A stretch of DNA of 64,000 nt, taken from assembly GCA_048013815.1 (NCBI GenBank), contig CM106586.1, positions 18,786,001 to 18,850,000 of the forward strand, written 5' to 3'. Shown here in pieces: positions 53,201 through 64,000 of the stretch. The first letter of the stretch is position 1. Every line of letters begins with the position of its first letter. This DNA comes from Setoptus koraiensis (lineage: Eukaryota; Animalia; Arthropoda). The notes beneath the pieces are model-generated. The model saw nothing but the letters and a program-made list of their open reading frames with translations, did no database searches and was not told the DNA's origin. The position numbers and the translations under genes are program-made.

Positions 53201-56200
53201 AGTTATAAAGTTGCACAGTGATTAGGGTGACATTGACAGTGAATAGCGGTGCAAGCAAAACAGATTACATGACAATGGGGGCGCCGTTTGTCAGTGCGCG
53301 TCATTTGCATATCGACTGCATGGCGCGCCACTGTCAGTGCTTAGCGGTTGAACGTGTTAACTGTTAAGTGATGATAGTATTACAGCCTGTTAATATTGTG
53401 ACGCGCTTGCGTAACCCGTGCGCGTGCTACGTGTTACGTGCGTTTCACGTGCTGCTGCGTGGTGGGCCGCTGCAGTGCGCGTGCAATAGGCGCTGTGATA
53501 GGCGCCGTAATAGGCGCTGTAATACGCGCCGAGTGCGAGTCAAGTTGTGTGAGCAATTGCAAAAAAGTAAACACCGCAAGTCGGGGGCCACTTATTTGCA
53601 TAATACCCCCACTCAATGCTCAATTTGTGCTCGCGTGCTGGCCGCAATCCGATCATGCTCACTGGCTGACAACGGCCAGTTGTTGGCGGTTGTTGGTCGC
53701 TCAGTGACAGCTCAACGACAACCCCGCGCCAAACACACCTAATCATGCATATGATCGCACACACACACACACACTGTGCATTCTGTGCATTCTGTGCATA
53801 TTGTGCATACGATTACGTAACACACGTAATCGCGGTGCGCGTGTTGCCACCATCAGCTCACCGATTATGCAACTTGTTATGCAACTTGCAAATTGACTGG
53901 ACTGACGCCACGCCCACACCTATAACTGTCAACGTGTGAGCGCACTCGATAACATTGTCCGTGTTACATCACCACGTGCCTTTCTGTTTCTTCCTGTTAG
54001 CACGTGTTTTTGGGACAATATCGAAACGCAATGTTGGGCACAAATTTGACAATTTCGGGACAATTCTCTCTCTCTCTCTCAATTGCAGAACGATTGCGAG
54101 TGAAAACGCGCGGCGCAAAAAACAATCCGTCCCTCCCTCGCCATTTATCAGAGCGTATGATTGCGCAATGTGCACCATCTATGGCCTGAGCTGTTTATGC
54201 AAAACGTCAACTTGAACTGTCCGCCGGAAGTGGATGCCGGTCTCGACGGGCACGTCAGCTGCTTATGAATTTGGCTGAATTTGCAGTGTTTTCATTTTTC
54301 ACAATGCTCGCCAATGTCGCCGCCACCGACAATAATTTGTCGCTGCTGTCGCCGGTCTCACCACTGTCACTGGTATCTGTCCATCTGCCGACAGAGTGGC
54401 CGGTATCGCACCACTTTGGCCACTGGCCGCGCCCCGGACTGGCCGCGCCCCGGCCGCTCACCACGGGCGAGCGGCCGGTCGGGCCGCCAATGACGCAATC
54501 AGTCTGCGAATTGAGTGTATCATTCCGATTGAGTGACACGCACACACTGGCCAGAGATGTTATGCCCTATTAATGCGAGGTTTGTCCGGTGTGCGGCGCG
54601 ACCATTATTACCATTATTGGCTGTACGGCTCGGACGGTTTTGCCGCGGCGGCGGCCGCGGCAATTTACTGTTGGCATCGGATACTTTTAATGGGCGCCAG
54701 TTGCGAGAGCTTTGCAACGGCGGCGCTGCGGGCCAGTGTCAGCGAAGAGATTGGCAGTTTTTTAGTTAGTTTGGTTACTGTTGGTGCAGAATGTTGGCAC
54801 GGGTCGTGCATGTGTGTACATATTCAAATCAACGTGAGTTACGTGAGCGTGAGTAGTAAGTAAGTAATGTCACTAAAATAATAACAATGACACTGACAGA
54901 CGCGCGCGCGCGCGCGCTCCTTTTGACCACTGCACGCACTTTATCACGTGCTGGCTGTGTGACAACTGGCGGCGCTGCCACCGACGATGCATGATGATGA
55001 TTGTCGAATGGAACTGGGCCGAAATGGACGCTCGCTTCCGAGGAGCCGAGCGGCGAGCCGCAGCCCACGGACAACGCACAGGCCGGGGGGAGCCAGAGAA
55101 TTGTGCGTACGCTGTCGAAACAAACAACTTTCGCTCTAAAAAACAAATACATCCCTCATTGGCGCACTCGGGTTTTTGCACACTTACGCCATGATAGGGC
55201 GCACGCATATGGCACACAGTGGCCACACTGAAACCGGCACAAAACTAACAACAGTTGGCACACAATTCATTCACAAAATTCACAAAAAACTAATGCCCGC
55301 TCCGTTGTTTCTGTGACGCAACACGACGCAATGCAACGCGATATAAAGCGATATAACGAGCCGGCCCGGCTAATATGTGAGCCGGCCCGGCGAATGTGTG
55401 AGCCGGCCGAAGCCGCGACAACGCAGTCGGCACGGCAAGAATTAGAGTGAGTAGCGGCTCTCACTCGGTGCGATTGCAACCAAGTGAAAGAGTGTTGAAA
55501 TTGGCCGAATTACAATTGCCATTCCGATTGCGACTCGCCGCCGGCCGCTCAAAATAATGGCCGCCCGACGGAACGGTGGCCCGGTGAAATGTCGCCGCTG
55601 CCCAATGCGGTTTCAGCTGACTCTCCGGTTAACGACGCCACCTACAGTGCACTTACGACAGTTGTTAGCCCGTACCCAGCAGTGACGCATTACCCGCCCG
55701 GCCGCCAGTCTCGCGCCTCCGCTGCCCGCTCTCAACTCGTGCCCATTGCGGGGCGTGCTGCCCGTTGCGGAGCGCGGCCGCCGACCAACCGGTGAGCAGC
55801 CGGTGGCAAACCGGTGACCAGAGCCATTCCATCAATGTCCCGATGGCTGCATACGTTCTGGGCCTCTCTTCCTGTTCCGGTTTCGGCACGCTCGGCGCAC
55901 AACGCCGCTGTGCTGCACGGGCGCAGACCGCGTGTTGAGCACGGTGCACAGCAATACTGTGACAGTGTGCGCAATGGGCGCCCCAAAGACCGGGGCAAAC
56001 AAGCGGCCAAACAGCGGCCAAACAGCGCCCGAACAGCGCCAGATAAGAGGCGCTGATGACGCAATCTGGCCGCTCTGTGCACTTTAGCATTGTACTGCGC
56101 GGGCACGCACAAATCAGTACAGTGGCGACAACAATGGACAGCGGCCACTGACCAGCGCTGCTGACCATCGCTGGCGACAATTACACGCCAGCAGCGTGTC

Positions 56201-56996
56201 ACTGTTGGCGGCTGGCCAAATGAATATGTGTAATGTATGGATATTACATAACGGCAATCGATATTATCATCATTATGTGCGTGTGACACACGACAACTGT
56301 GTGTGTGTGCGTCGAAAAATAAATAATGGTTCAAATGTTGAAAATACTACTCACGAGGCGCACATAATCACGGACACTAAATGAATGATGACTCGGCCGA
56401 TAGTGGTCGCTGCTCGCTGCTGTTATCATTAACGGACTTACCGTAGCAGTGAATGACAAAAGTGACAGTGGCAGTGAAAAAATGGGGGGCCAAAGGTTAG
56501 CGAAAAATGCGCCCACTATTACATAACTACAACATGCAATGCATTCAGTCATTGGGGCGCATTACGTAAGCACGTGAACGTGAACGAGTTCAGTCAGTGC
56601 AGTCAGTGCAGTTGGTTCCGTTGGTTCAGTTGGTTCAGTTGGTTCAGTTGGTTCAGTTAGTTTAGTTGGTTGGCCGCTAGTTGTCGGGGGACACAGGCAA
56701 GCGTGCACACGAACTCAATAAACGGATAAACGGACGGCAAAAACAAAAATTGTATAACGAGATTGTATAACAAGCAATCTGTGCCGGCCGACAGAGATGA
56801 AGCTCATTAGGCTGGGGGCGCCTTATGATGGCGAGCACGCAATAGTTGCCATTGTCCAACTAATTATCTGTCAAAAGAGCCACTAATCTCCGCCAGGGGC
56901 AGCCCGGCGCACTCTTGCATGGCCTCGCCCCTACCAGCCAGCGCCGATACTTTTATTTGGACAACAATTATCGGCCGCACTGGCTCCGTGGAGACC

Positions 56997-57112
56997 AGTC
57001 TGGCAAGTCTGGCTAGTCTGGCAAGTCTGGCAAGTCTGGCAAGTCTGGTTAGTCTGGTCAGTCTGGTCAGTCTGGTTAGTCCGGCCAGTCCGGCCAGTCT
57101 GGCCAGTCTGGC
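56997..57112. repeat. 9-nt minisatellite AGTCTGG(C/T)(A/C/T)
   Basis: Directly visible, about 12 copies. Confidence 0.88.
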
Positions 57113-58554
57113 CACAACGGCACAGGCGCGCCAGTCCGGCACAGCAAACGCGAAACAGTCTAAAGCGAACAGTCTGCACAGTGGGCCAACAATCTCCGGC
57201 GAGCGGCCCCTCATTACGTGTGCCGTTATTTAATTACCTGGCCAGTTAGTTAGATGGCGGCGGCGTAACGGGCAGCGCAAACAAAGCCAGTTTCTATTTG
57301 GCTGTTTGCCGTTTGATATTTGCTGTTTGCTCATTGCTGTTTGCTGTTTGCGCAAAAGATTGCGTTTGCAAAGATTTGTCGCAAAAGGGTGCAAACACGT
57401 AACAGCACGCACAATGGCGCCTCTGGTGTCCGTTTGAGAGAGGCAGATATTGTTTAATTTTGCACACCAAGACACACGAATAAACAGCCGTTGGCTCATT
57501 TTCTGAGACACGGATCACCAAATACAGTGGGCAACATCATAGGGCGACTCTCACAAGGTCGCCTAACGGCTAGTTAACGCGCAAATACACCATTGAACAT
57601 GCACCAAACACCCATAATGTGCCTTACCTGTTGGTGCAAAACAAATAACCGACAATCGCCGAGTCAGCGATGTCGCCCCCGCCTGTTGGCCTATAAGCGC
57701 GCATCTCGGTTATCGCGTCGAACGGGGGTTTTTCAGAGAAACTTTCTTTCCATGCGCGCATGTTGCGGTTTTAGCTTGAATATTCTCTGTATATCGCGTC
57801 GCCTCCAAAGAAACGGCCAAACAGAGATGTAGCAATATAGAGAATATTTGGAGAATATCCAGACAGCATCCTGAGAACAGCTCGAGAACACCCTGAGAAC
57901 AGCTCGAGAATGTACGGGCAAAAGCGACCTGTGCGCGGCTTTGGCCGGGCTCAGTTTGGCAACAATTTTTTCAACAAAGTTTCATAAACTCGCCTCGATG
58001 TAAACCAGCCGATGACCGCCCCCATTGGCACTGGGCCCCCAACCAGCCAACAGCGACAGCAGCAAATGTTAAAGTTCACATGCTGACAGAATATTACACT
58101 ATTTTTCAATGTTGCCCCCTCCTGAGCTTATCTGCTGCTTACATTGTGTGTGTGACGCCTTATCTTGATGTTCGCATCTCGGCGCCCTCCCCCCGCCATT
58201 CAAATCTGGCGCTTTGTTCTTGCTGGCCCCCGGCCAGCGGGCAGCGCTTTTTAGGTTAGGGGTTTAGGGTAAACATTTTTAGTAAACATTTTTAGTCAAC
58301 AATACTCCCGCCAGGCCCACTAAGCTCGCCTGACCGTCTCGAATCATTTCTTTCAAAACGCCAGGCGCCCCAAAACGGGGCCAGCGAAGGGGCGTCGCAT
58401 CCGATCATGTCCAGTGTATCGTATAATCGTAATCGTCGTCGTCGCGCCGCTTGCTTATCGCGCGGCCAGCCGACGCACAGGCAAGAGGCAAAGATAAAAT
58501 AAATTAACAATGATAATATATCACAAAGAGCGAGCTTACTTGTTTCTATTCTGC

Positions 58555-58596
58555 CGTCGTTGTTGCCGTTGTTGTTGTTGCCGTTGTTGTTGCTGT

Positions 58597-58649
<53 letters not shown>

Positions 58650-58652
58650 TTG
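58555..58652. repeat. GTT/GCT microsatellite; representative of similar tracts at ~35330, 37075, 37820, 41840, 45170, 46700, 63050 and 63660
   Basis: Directly visible; these tracts explain the poly-Q/C/L/V/T ORFs in the ORF track. Confidence 0.9.
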
Positions 58653-60167
58653 CTGTTGTGCTGTCCAGTGGCTGCACACCGACGGCAACTGCAGGAATTT
58701 AAAATATATAATGGATGTGCCACCGTTAGTCTACTGCCAGTCGGCTGCAAACTGCACAACGAGCCCCAAAGAGAAATAACTTTTTAGGCAATAAATTTGA
58801 AATCATCTAGCATCGAACTCGTGCGCCAATGGCCTGTCTGTAATCCCTGTAAAAAGTGGCCCACCAGGCACATTTTGGGGCGCCCGAACGGGCCCAAACT
58901 GGCAGGCATTGTGAGCGTAACAACAACAATAGTGAGCGAGCAAAGAACAGAGCAAAGAATTTGCTACAGTGGCAAAAAAAGGGGCCCCCGTTTTTCCTTG
59001 ACTGGCCCCAAAACAACACGCAGCCGGATTATTTAATTCTTGTAAAGCTCATTAACTAATGATAAGTAGCACGACACTCGCCGGGCAACGGCGCGCACTC
59101 TCTCGATATGCGGCGCGCCGTTGCCCGTTGTTGCTCGCCGGAAGCCAGTGGCCAGTGGCCAGCACAGCGGCCGAACGGTTGGCCGCAGCCGGCCACTGGT
59201 CAAGCTGGTCAAGCTGGCCACTGTCCGGCGCAGTTGTTCGGCCGGGACCGGGGGGTGGGGAGCAAAACCAAACGAGCCCCTGAAAGCAAAACGTTGTCCG
59301 TTAGTGTCGCGGCCGCTTAATCTAGAGTGGGCGCGCACAGGCTTAAAATACGCGATTTATCACGTGCTGGCGTGCTGGTTGCGTTGTTGTGTGCACGTTG
59401 TGCAGCGTTGTTGTGTGCTCGCGCCGCTTCGGTCAGCCATTGAGGGGTCACCCAATGGGCCCCCGAAAGCATTAGTGTGGGAGCGCGACAGGCTGGCTGG
59501 CTGGCTGGCCGGCCGACTGGCTGGCAACGTCGCAAAGGAGATCATAATAACCAAAAGTGACATAAGCTCATTTGTCTTGATTAAACAGACCTGTACCTAT
59601 TCTCCATTTTGCTGGCTGGGCCCCTCCAAGACGCCGCCTGTTCGGGCCTCACTCTCGCGCGTGTACGAGCAGCGAGCCAACTGAAAATATTTTCACTTTA
59701 AACCGGCCCCAAATATTCAAGCCTATATAATAAATGGGGCCCCATTGACAGCGACACTGGCCTTTGGCCACCACTAGTGGCCCGCTAGCACTTCCATTAG
59801 TAGTGCGCCACCTATGTATATCTATTATATTTATATTTATATATATTTATGAGTCACAAATTCAATTCCTTTAAAACGTCTGGCCGGCGTAATCTCGTAA
59901 AGCCCGTGCGTAGACGCCAACGCTATAGGCGCCAAGAGTATAGTGACGCTATTATAGGCACGCGCAGCGCACACAATTTGCATGTGCACGCATCAGCGCG
60001 CACTTATGCAAATGTGCGGCGCGCAACTTGCCTCGCACTTGCCTATACAAATATGCACACTGGCACAATGTCTATCGCTGTGTGCAGCGGTGCATCGAGC
60101 ATGCGCACCGATTAAAAATGGGGCCCAGAATCTGGGGCCCAGATTGAATATATTCCCGATATATGCC

Positions 60168-60220
60168 CGATATATGCCCGATATATACCCAATATATACC
60201 CAATATATACCCAATATATA
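60168..60220. repeat. 11-nt minisatellite (G/A)ATATAT(G/A)CCC
   Basis: Directly visible. Confidence 0.8.
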
Positions 60221-62051
60221 CTCGCAATGGCCATGTATAAAAATATATAGATATTGTGTATATTTGTTTGTCCATGTATTTGTCGATATTACGCAACTGT
60301 TTACAGGCACAAGAGAGCGCAAGTGGCACAGTTGGGCAGTTAATTATGGGAGCCAATAGGCCCATTTCCTATCATCACTCATAGAGACTGATTGTGAGCA
60401 AACAGATAGCCGGACTAAACGACGATGCAATTGAACACTTAGGCAATTTATCTGCCCGTTTATCGTTTATTTCGCTTGCGATAGTCGGCGGTGCAGTGCT
60501 GCGCCGTTGGGTCAACAACGCCAATGGCACACAAGCGGCCCCAAATGAAGAGTGGGGCCAATTATTATAATCATCATGAGTTAATACCCAGGGAAATGGA
60601 GGCATTAATACATTCACACACACACACACGCACAATGGCTGGCACATAATAGAAAAGAGAAAAGCCAATATAAATATTTATCTCCATCTCAGGAGTCATT
60701 ATGCGATTATGTGATTATGATTGCTGTTTCTTTCCGACGCGCCGTTTCCGACGTTGCGACTCGCACTCCGGCCCGCACTGCCTCTAACTGCGACTCACTA
60801 GACACACACACACACACACCGTCGGCTAAGCCCGACGGGCGTAGAGCAGTGATAAATCCAGTCGAGGCGCCCGCCGTCACACTCAGGCCACTGGTCACTC
60901 GACTGGTGGCGCCCCCTCGGCTCGCTTTGGATGGGCGCCGATAGGGCGCTTTGATAGGGCGAATCGAGACTGTTTATGCAGTGCAAAGGCACTCACAATG
61001 GCGTGTGTGTGTGGGTATTTTTTAGCTTAATTTGGGGCCCCTTTATTCAGGCGCTGCGCACGACAGGCGCGACACAGTTGACGGCGCCATACGAGCCATT
61101 GGCGACGCTGGCCGGCTGGCAGCGAGTGAGTTTAATTAACTTGTCGCTCAAAGTGAAAAGATGTTACTCATGGCCCCAATATATAGATATTATGTAATAT
61201 ACTAGTGGATAGATATTGAGAGTTTATCAATTAATTTAATCTAAATTACGCCAACGACAAGAGTGACACATGGCGCGTTGGCCGGCGGCTCGCAAGGTGC
61301 GCTTCTGGCCAACGAGCTCGTTTCTTCTTTCTTGGGGTTCGCAGCTCGCAGCTCGCAGCTCGCAGTTCGCAGTTCGCAGCTTTGAGCCACGAGCCAAACT
61401 GGCGAGTTGGCCCCTTGGCAAGTACGCTCTGGCCTAGGGGCGCCCCTATCGACTTGCATGATCTATGATATATAAATGCATTTTGTGTATACCTCTCGGG
61501 TGTGCGCGCGCGTATCCGTTTCCTTGAGCGAAGGCACACGCACACGCACGCACTCACACATATCACTCTTGTCACTATTAAATCACTTTCTTTTCCTTGG
61601 ACGTTGGTCGACACGATTCTTGGCAACTGATTCAGAGCAACTTTGTCTCTTCTTTCTGCACTATACACAATCTATGGCCTTCTATAACTTGGCTGGCGGG
61701 CCCCAAAGAACACGTTGCACAACATTGACGTGCTGGCACGAGACAGGCCGAGCAACCAAGAAAGACGGCTCAAAGATGTAGAGATTACGTCATAAGCGGA
61801 CGGGGTTGGTGAGTGAGTGACTAGATTAACATTGATCATCAGCAAGATGAGATGGTGATCAGGCCAGATGAGTTGCTCAGTTGAGTGTGCCGGCCCGCCG
61901 GCCAACAGCAGCAACAACAGCGGCAACAACAACAACAACAGCGCCGGCAGCAGCAACAACCGAGCCATCGCGAACAATATATCCGACCCGAGTGTATATC
62001 TGCGAGCATGCATCTGCTTGCACATATCTGCGGGCATATATCTGCGAGGCG

Positions 62052-62125
62052 CCCGAGAATATATATATGGCGAGAATATATATATCGCGAGAATATATAT
62101 ATGGCGAGAATATATATATGGCGAG
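62052..62125. repeat. 17-18-nt minisatellite GGCGAGAATATATATAT
   Basis: Directly visible, 3-4 copies. Confidence 0.8.
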
Positions 62126-63053
62126 GATAGTTGTATCACGGCCGGTATGTATGCATTATATGCCATATAGGAATGAGCGCATATGGCCCCAGTTGAGTTA
62201 CGTCATATAGGAGCGGGGGCAATATTCACAAACAAGTGTGTTATGTCATAGATGTGATAGTGATAGCGAAAGCAAAAGTTGCCGCCAGAGCATGTGTGAC
62301 AACAACATCAAAAGTAAATTAAATGAATTCACTATCGGACACCTTTCATCTAACTGCTGGCGCTGCCACCGACCGACCAGCGCGCACACACACTGTCAAT
62401 ATGGGGCCCCGCAGCCGGCAGCCGGCAGCCAACAGCCAGCCAGGGGCCCCAAATCGGATGTGTGTTTGTGTCCAGTGCCCCGGGCGATATCTGGCCAAAT
62501 TGAGTCTTATCTTTGCTGGTCACTCTTACTCATGTACATATGTAGACTAACACCACATCGCTGGCTGGCTGGCTGGCTGGCTGGCACCACCATGGCACCA
62601 TATCTGGCACCATCGTCATCGTAACTAGTCATGTAATGCGCGCCTAAACAGCGCCTAAACAGGGCCCAAATCACACCGACCAAGAGCGCACAATTGATCA
62701 TGAACTCAAAAACTAGCCCAATCTGGCAGCTCACAGCTACAGCCACCAATATACACTCAATCTGCACCCGGAAATGGGTATTTTCAGGCGCAGGCGCCAT
62801 CTGGCGACCAGGTCCACGAAGCACCGTTTGTTAGGTATAAATATGTATAAATATAGGACTGCTCAACTATGTTGCACTGCGCTGGCCGGCCACCCGAACC
62901 GGCCAATGCCACTGCGTCTGGCCAGCAATATCACTGACCGCCTCATAATCTAAATACATAATAATAATAATTTATTGTATTATTGCAATGTCGTCTTTTG
63001 TTGTTCGTTTGTTCCACTTTTTCGCTTCCTTCTCGCCCATAGATTAAACACTT

Positions 63054-63100
<47 letters not shown>

Positions 63101-64000
63101 GCTGCTGCCGCTGGGCCAGAATACGTGAGTGAGGCCGCGGCGAGCGGATAATTCCTCGGAATAAGGCAGCTAGAAAAAGTGGCATCGATCGTGGTAATAT
63201 GATATGAGCGCAATGATAAATAATATTCCCCCATCATCTTAATATTAATAATGTAATATCACTATTATCACGGGTGGCTGGCGTATTGTATACATTATTA
63301 TATTCACATCATGTCGTGCCTTGTCTCGCCCATCTCCATCTCAAACGGGCCCCACCGACGAAGCCAAGCGAAATGCTTTCACCTGTCCTTTCGATCATGT
63401 CACGCGGTGCGCGTGCCGGCCTCCGTCTGGCTGCCGTCTCGTGTGGGTATTTGTGTCTGTTGTTGTTATTTGCAGTTGCTGTTGTTGTTGTTGTCGCTGC
63501 TGTCGGTGTAGCAACAACACCACCTACGCCGTGCGGGCTACGCGTACCGCGCGAGAGTAAACGTATAAACAAGCGCGACTCTGGCCGGAATAAATAAATC
63601 TGATCCCTCTTAGGCCACTCCAATATTTAATTCATTCAGGTAGCGCTGGAATGTGGGCGCAATTTGTTGTTGCCGTTGTTGCTGCTGTCGCTGTTGTTGC
63701 TGTTGTCGCTGTTGTTGCTGTTGCTGTTGTTGCTGCTGTCGCTGTTGTCGCTGTTGTCGCTGTTGTCGCTGTTGTTGCTGTTGTTGCTGTTGTTGGTGGT
63801 GGTGGCGGCGCATAATGATCCGGGGACGACGACGATGAATAGTCAAAGACAAATTCGGCCGGCGCTAACTGGAGTCGCCACCATTAGCATTGAGTTGTCT
63901 GTTCCCAGAATTGGTCGGCCATTAATCATTACCGGCGGGGCCAAGCTGCTCAGGTGAAGCTGCCAGTGGTGCCAGTGGTGCCCGTGGTGCCCGTGGTGGC

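Noticed and set aside
58251-58269. TTAGGTTAGGGGTTTAGGG, resembling the arthropod TTAGG telomere repeat
   Set aside because: Only two exact units, which is within chance
32021-63957. Dozens of ORF-track entries rich in poly-Q/C/L/V/T or short peptide repeats
   Set aside because: They are translations of micro- and minisatellites, open in several frames and on both strands, with no domain signature

Overview
Eukaryotic (arthropod, most likely a mite) genomic window; it is not prokaryotic and has no CRISPR array or recognisable transposase. The taxon is an inference from the presence of CPES, short GT-AG introns and extreme Q/N low-complexity expansions, which would fit an eriophyoid-type mite. 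The left ~32 kb is gene-bearing: a secreted protein running off the left edge (possibly NRF-6-like), an orphan 206-aa ORF, intronless ceramide phosphoethanolamine synthase, an Aurora kinase and a cathepsin I29 prodomain gene that converge inside a 500-N gap, the PA-TM-RING E3 ligase RNF13/godzilla, SFT2, a U3 snoRNA, and a POU class II gene (nubbin/pdm, ~1350 aa) with an unusually long ~108-aa POU linker. The right ~32 kb has no credible ORF. It is a visibly GC-richer, microsatellite- and minisatellite-rich region upstream of nubbin. It holds a dense cluster of perfect octamer (ATGCAAAT) sites suggesting POU autoregulation, a 24-bp pre-miRNA-like hairpin, and an excess of GGGCCC and CTGGTCA words. 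All gene models and counts were made by hand from the sequence.
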